Source of the DNA: Carcharhinus amblyrhynchos
Lineage: Eukaryota
NCBI GenBank assembly: GCA_965287045.1
Contig: OZ336878.1
Location: 33,418,001-33,482,000, forward strand
Direction of reading: 5' to 3'
DNA length: 64,000 bases
The position numbers and the translations under genes were made by a program. Below, one piece after another: positions 62,935-64,000 of this stretch. Numbering within the stretch: position 1 is the first letter of the stretch; every line of letters starts with the position of its first letter. A model generated the notes under the pieces. That model ran no database searches. It was not told the DNA's origin and saw only the letters and a list, made by a program, of their open reading frames with translations.

Positions 62935-64000
62935 TTCATATGATACCAAGAAACGGCTGCAGGCACTGGATACTGCAAAGACATCACTCCAGCAACAGTG
63001 CTGAAAACATGCCCCAGAACTAGCTGCACCTTTAGCCAAGCTGTTCCAGTACAGCTACAACACTGGCATGCTACCCTGCAATGTGGAAAATTCCCAGGTA
63101 CGTCCTGTCCACAAAAAGCAATACAAAGTCTACCCAGCCAATTATCACCCAGTCTAATCTACTTACCAGGATTGTTAACAGTGCTACCAGGTGGCACTTA
63201 CTTGTAATAATCTCCACACTGAAGCTCAGAATGGATTCCGCCAGGGCTACTCAATTTCTGACCTCATTACAGTCCTACTTCAAACAGAGACAAAAGAGCT
63301 GAACTCAAGAGGTGAGGCAAAGCATTTAACTACGTGTGACACCAAGGAACCTAGTAAAATTAAATTCCTTGGGAATCAGGGCAAAAAAATCTCCACTGGT
63401 TGGAGCGCAAAGGAAGTTGTTGGAGGTCAATCATCTCACCCCAGGACATTACTGCAGCTCCCCAGAATAGTAACCAGGCCCAAACATCTTTAACTGCTTT
63501 GTTAAAGATCTTCCTTCCATCAGAAGTTGAAACGTTTGCTGATGATTGTGCAAAGTTCAGCAGCATTCGCGATTCCTCAGATACTGTAAATGTCAGTGCC
63601 CATATGTAGCAAGACCTGGATGACAGTCAGGCTTGGGTTGATAAATGGTAAGTGGCATTCACGCCACACAAGTGCTGGGTAATGACCAACTCCAACAAGA
63701 GAGAATCCAACCATCTCTCCTCAACATTCAGTGACACTACCTTTGTTGAATCCTTCGCTATCAACATTCTGGGGTCACCATTAACCAGAAACTGAACTGG
63801 AACAGCCATATAAATACTACAGCTACAAGTACAAGACAGGGGCTAGGAATTCTACGGCAAAAACTAACCACCTGATTCAACAAAGACTGTCCCCTATGTA
63901 CAAGGCACAAGTCAGAAGAGTGATTGAATACTCTCCACTTGACTGGATGAGGGCAGCTCCAACAACACTCAAGAAATGCAATATCAACCGGGACAGCAAC
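62935..64000 (+). mobile_element. Degenerate CR1-group LINE RT region, running off the window end
   Basis: LKTCP / LAKLFQYSYN / WKIP / QNGFRQGYSISDLITVL / FADDC motifs across frameshifts. Confidence 0.85.

Noticed and set aside
46837-64000. Search for PLPP3 exon 1 or promoter
   Set aside because: No KRVLLICLD-like coding segment or CpG island was seen. Exon 1 is probably beyond the window end; the 134-N gap cannot be inspected.

Overview
Vertebrate intronic genomic DNA, almost certainly from a shark or other elasmobranch, judged by HE1/V-SINEs, Deu-SINE remnants, and CR1, L2, Penelope-like and Harbinger repeats. The whole window lies inside PLPP3 (PPAP2B, lipid phosphate phosphatase 3), transcribed on the minus strand. 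Canonical coding exons 2 (158 bp), 3 (281 bp) and 4 (58 bp) are present with correct splice sites and phases. Exon 1 and exons 5-6 were not found and probably lie outside the window. The main finding is a second, intact, phase-compatible paralogue of exon 2 (155 bp, 46682-46836) 1.57 kb upstream of the canonical exon, with an RBFOX motif just past its donor. It resembles the alternative exon 2 of mammalian PLPP1 (LPP1a), suggesting an ancient mutually exclusive exon pair retained in shark PLPP3. Other findings: two short templated insertions each copied from about 0.85 kb away and flanked by direct repeats; a perfect palindrome inside an L2 tail; a TSD-flanked Penelope-derived hairpin with hammerhead remnants; an Ingi/Vingi-like RT fossil; and nested transposon stacks. 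Nearly all other ORFs in the track are spurious or TE-derived. Comparisons with human proteins and repeat consensi are from memory, and repeat boundaries are approximate.
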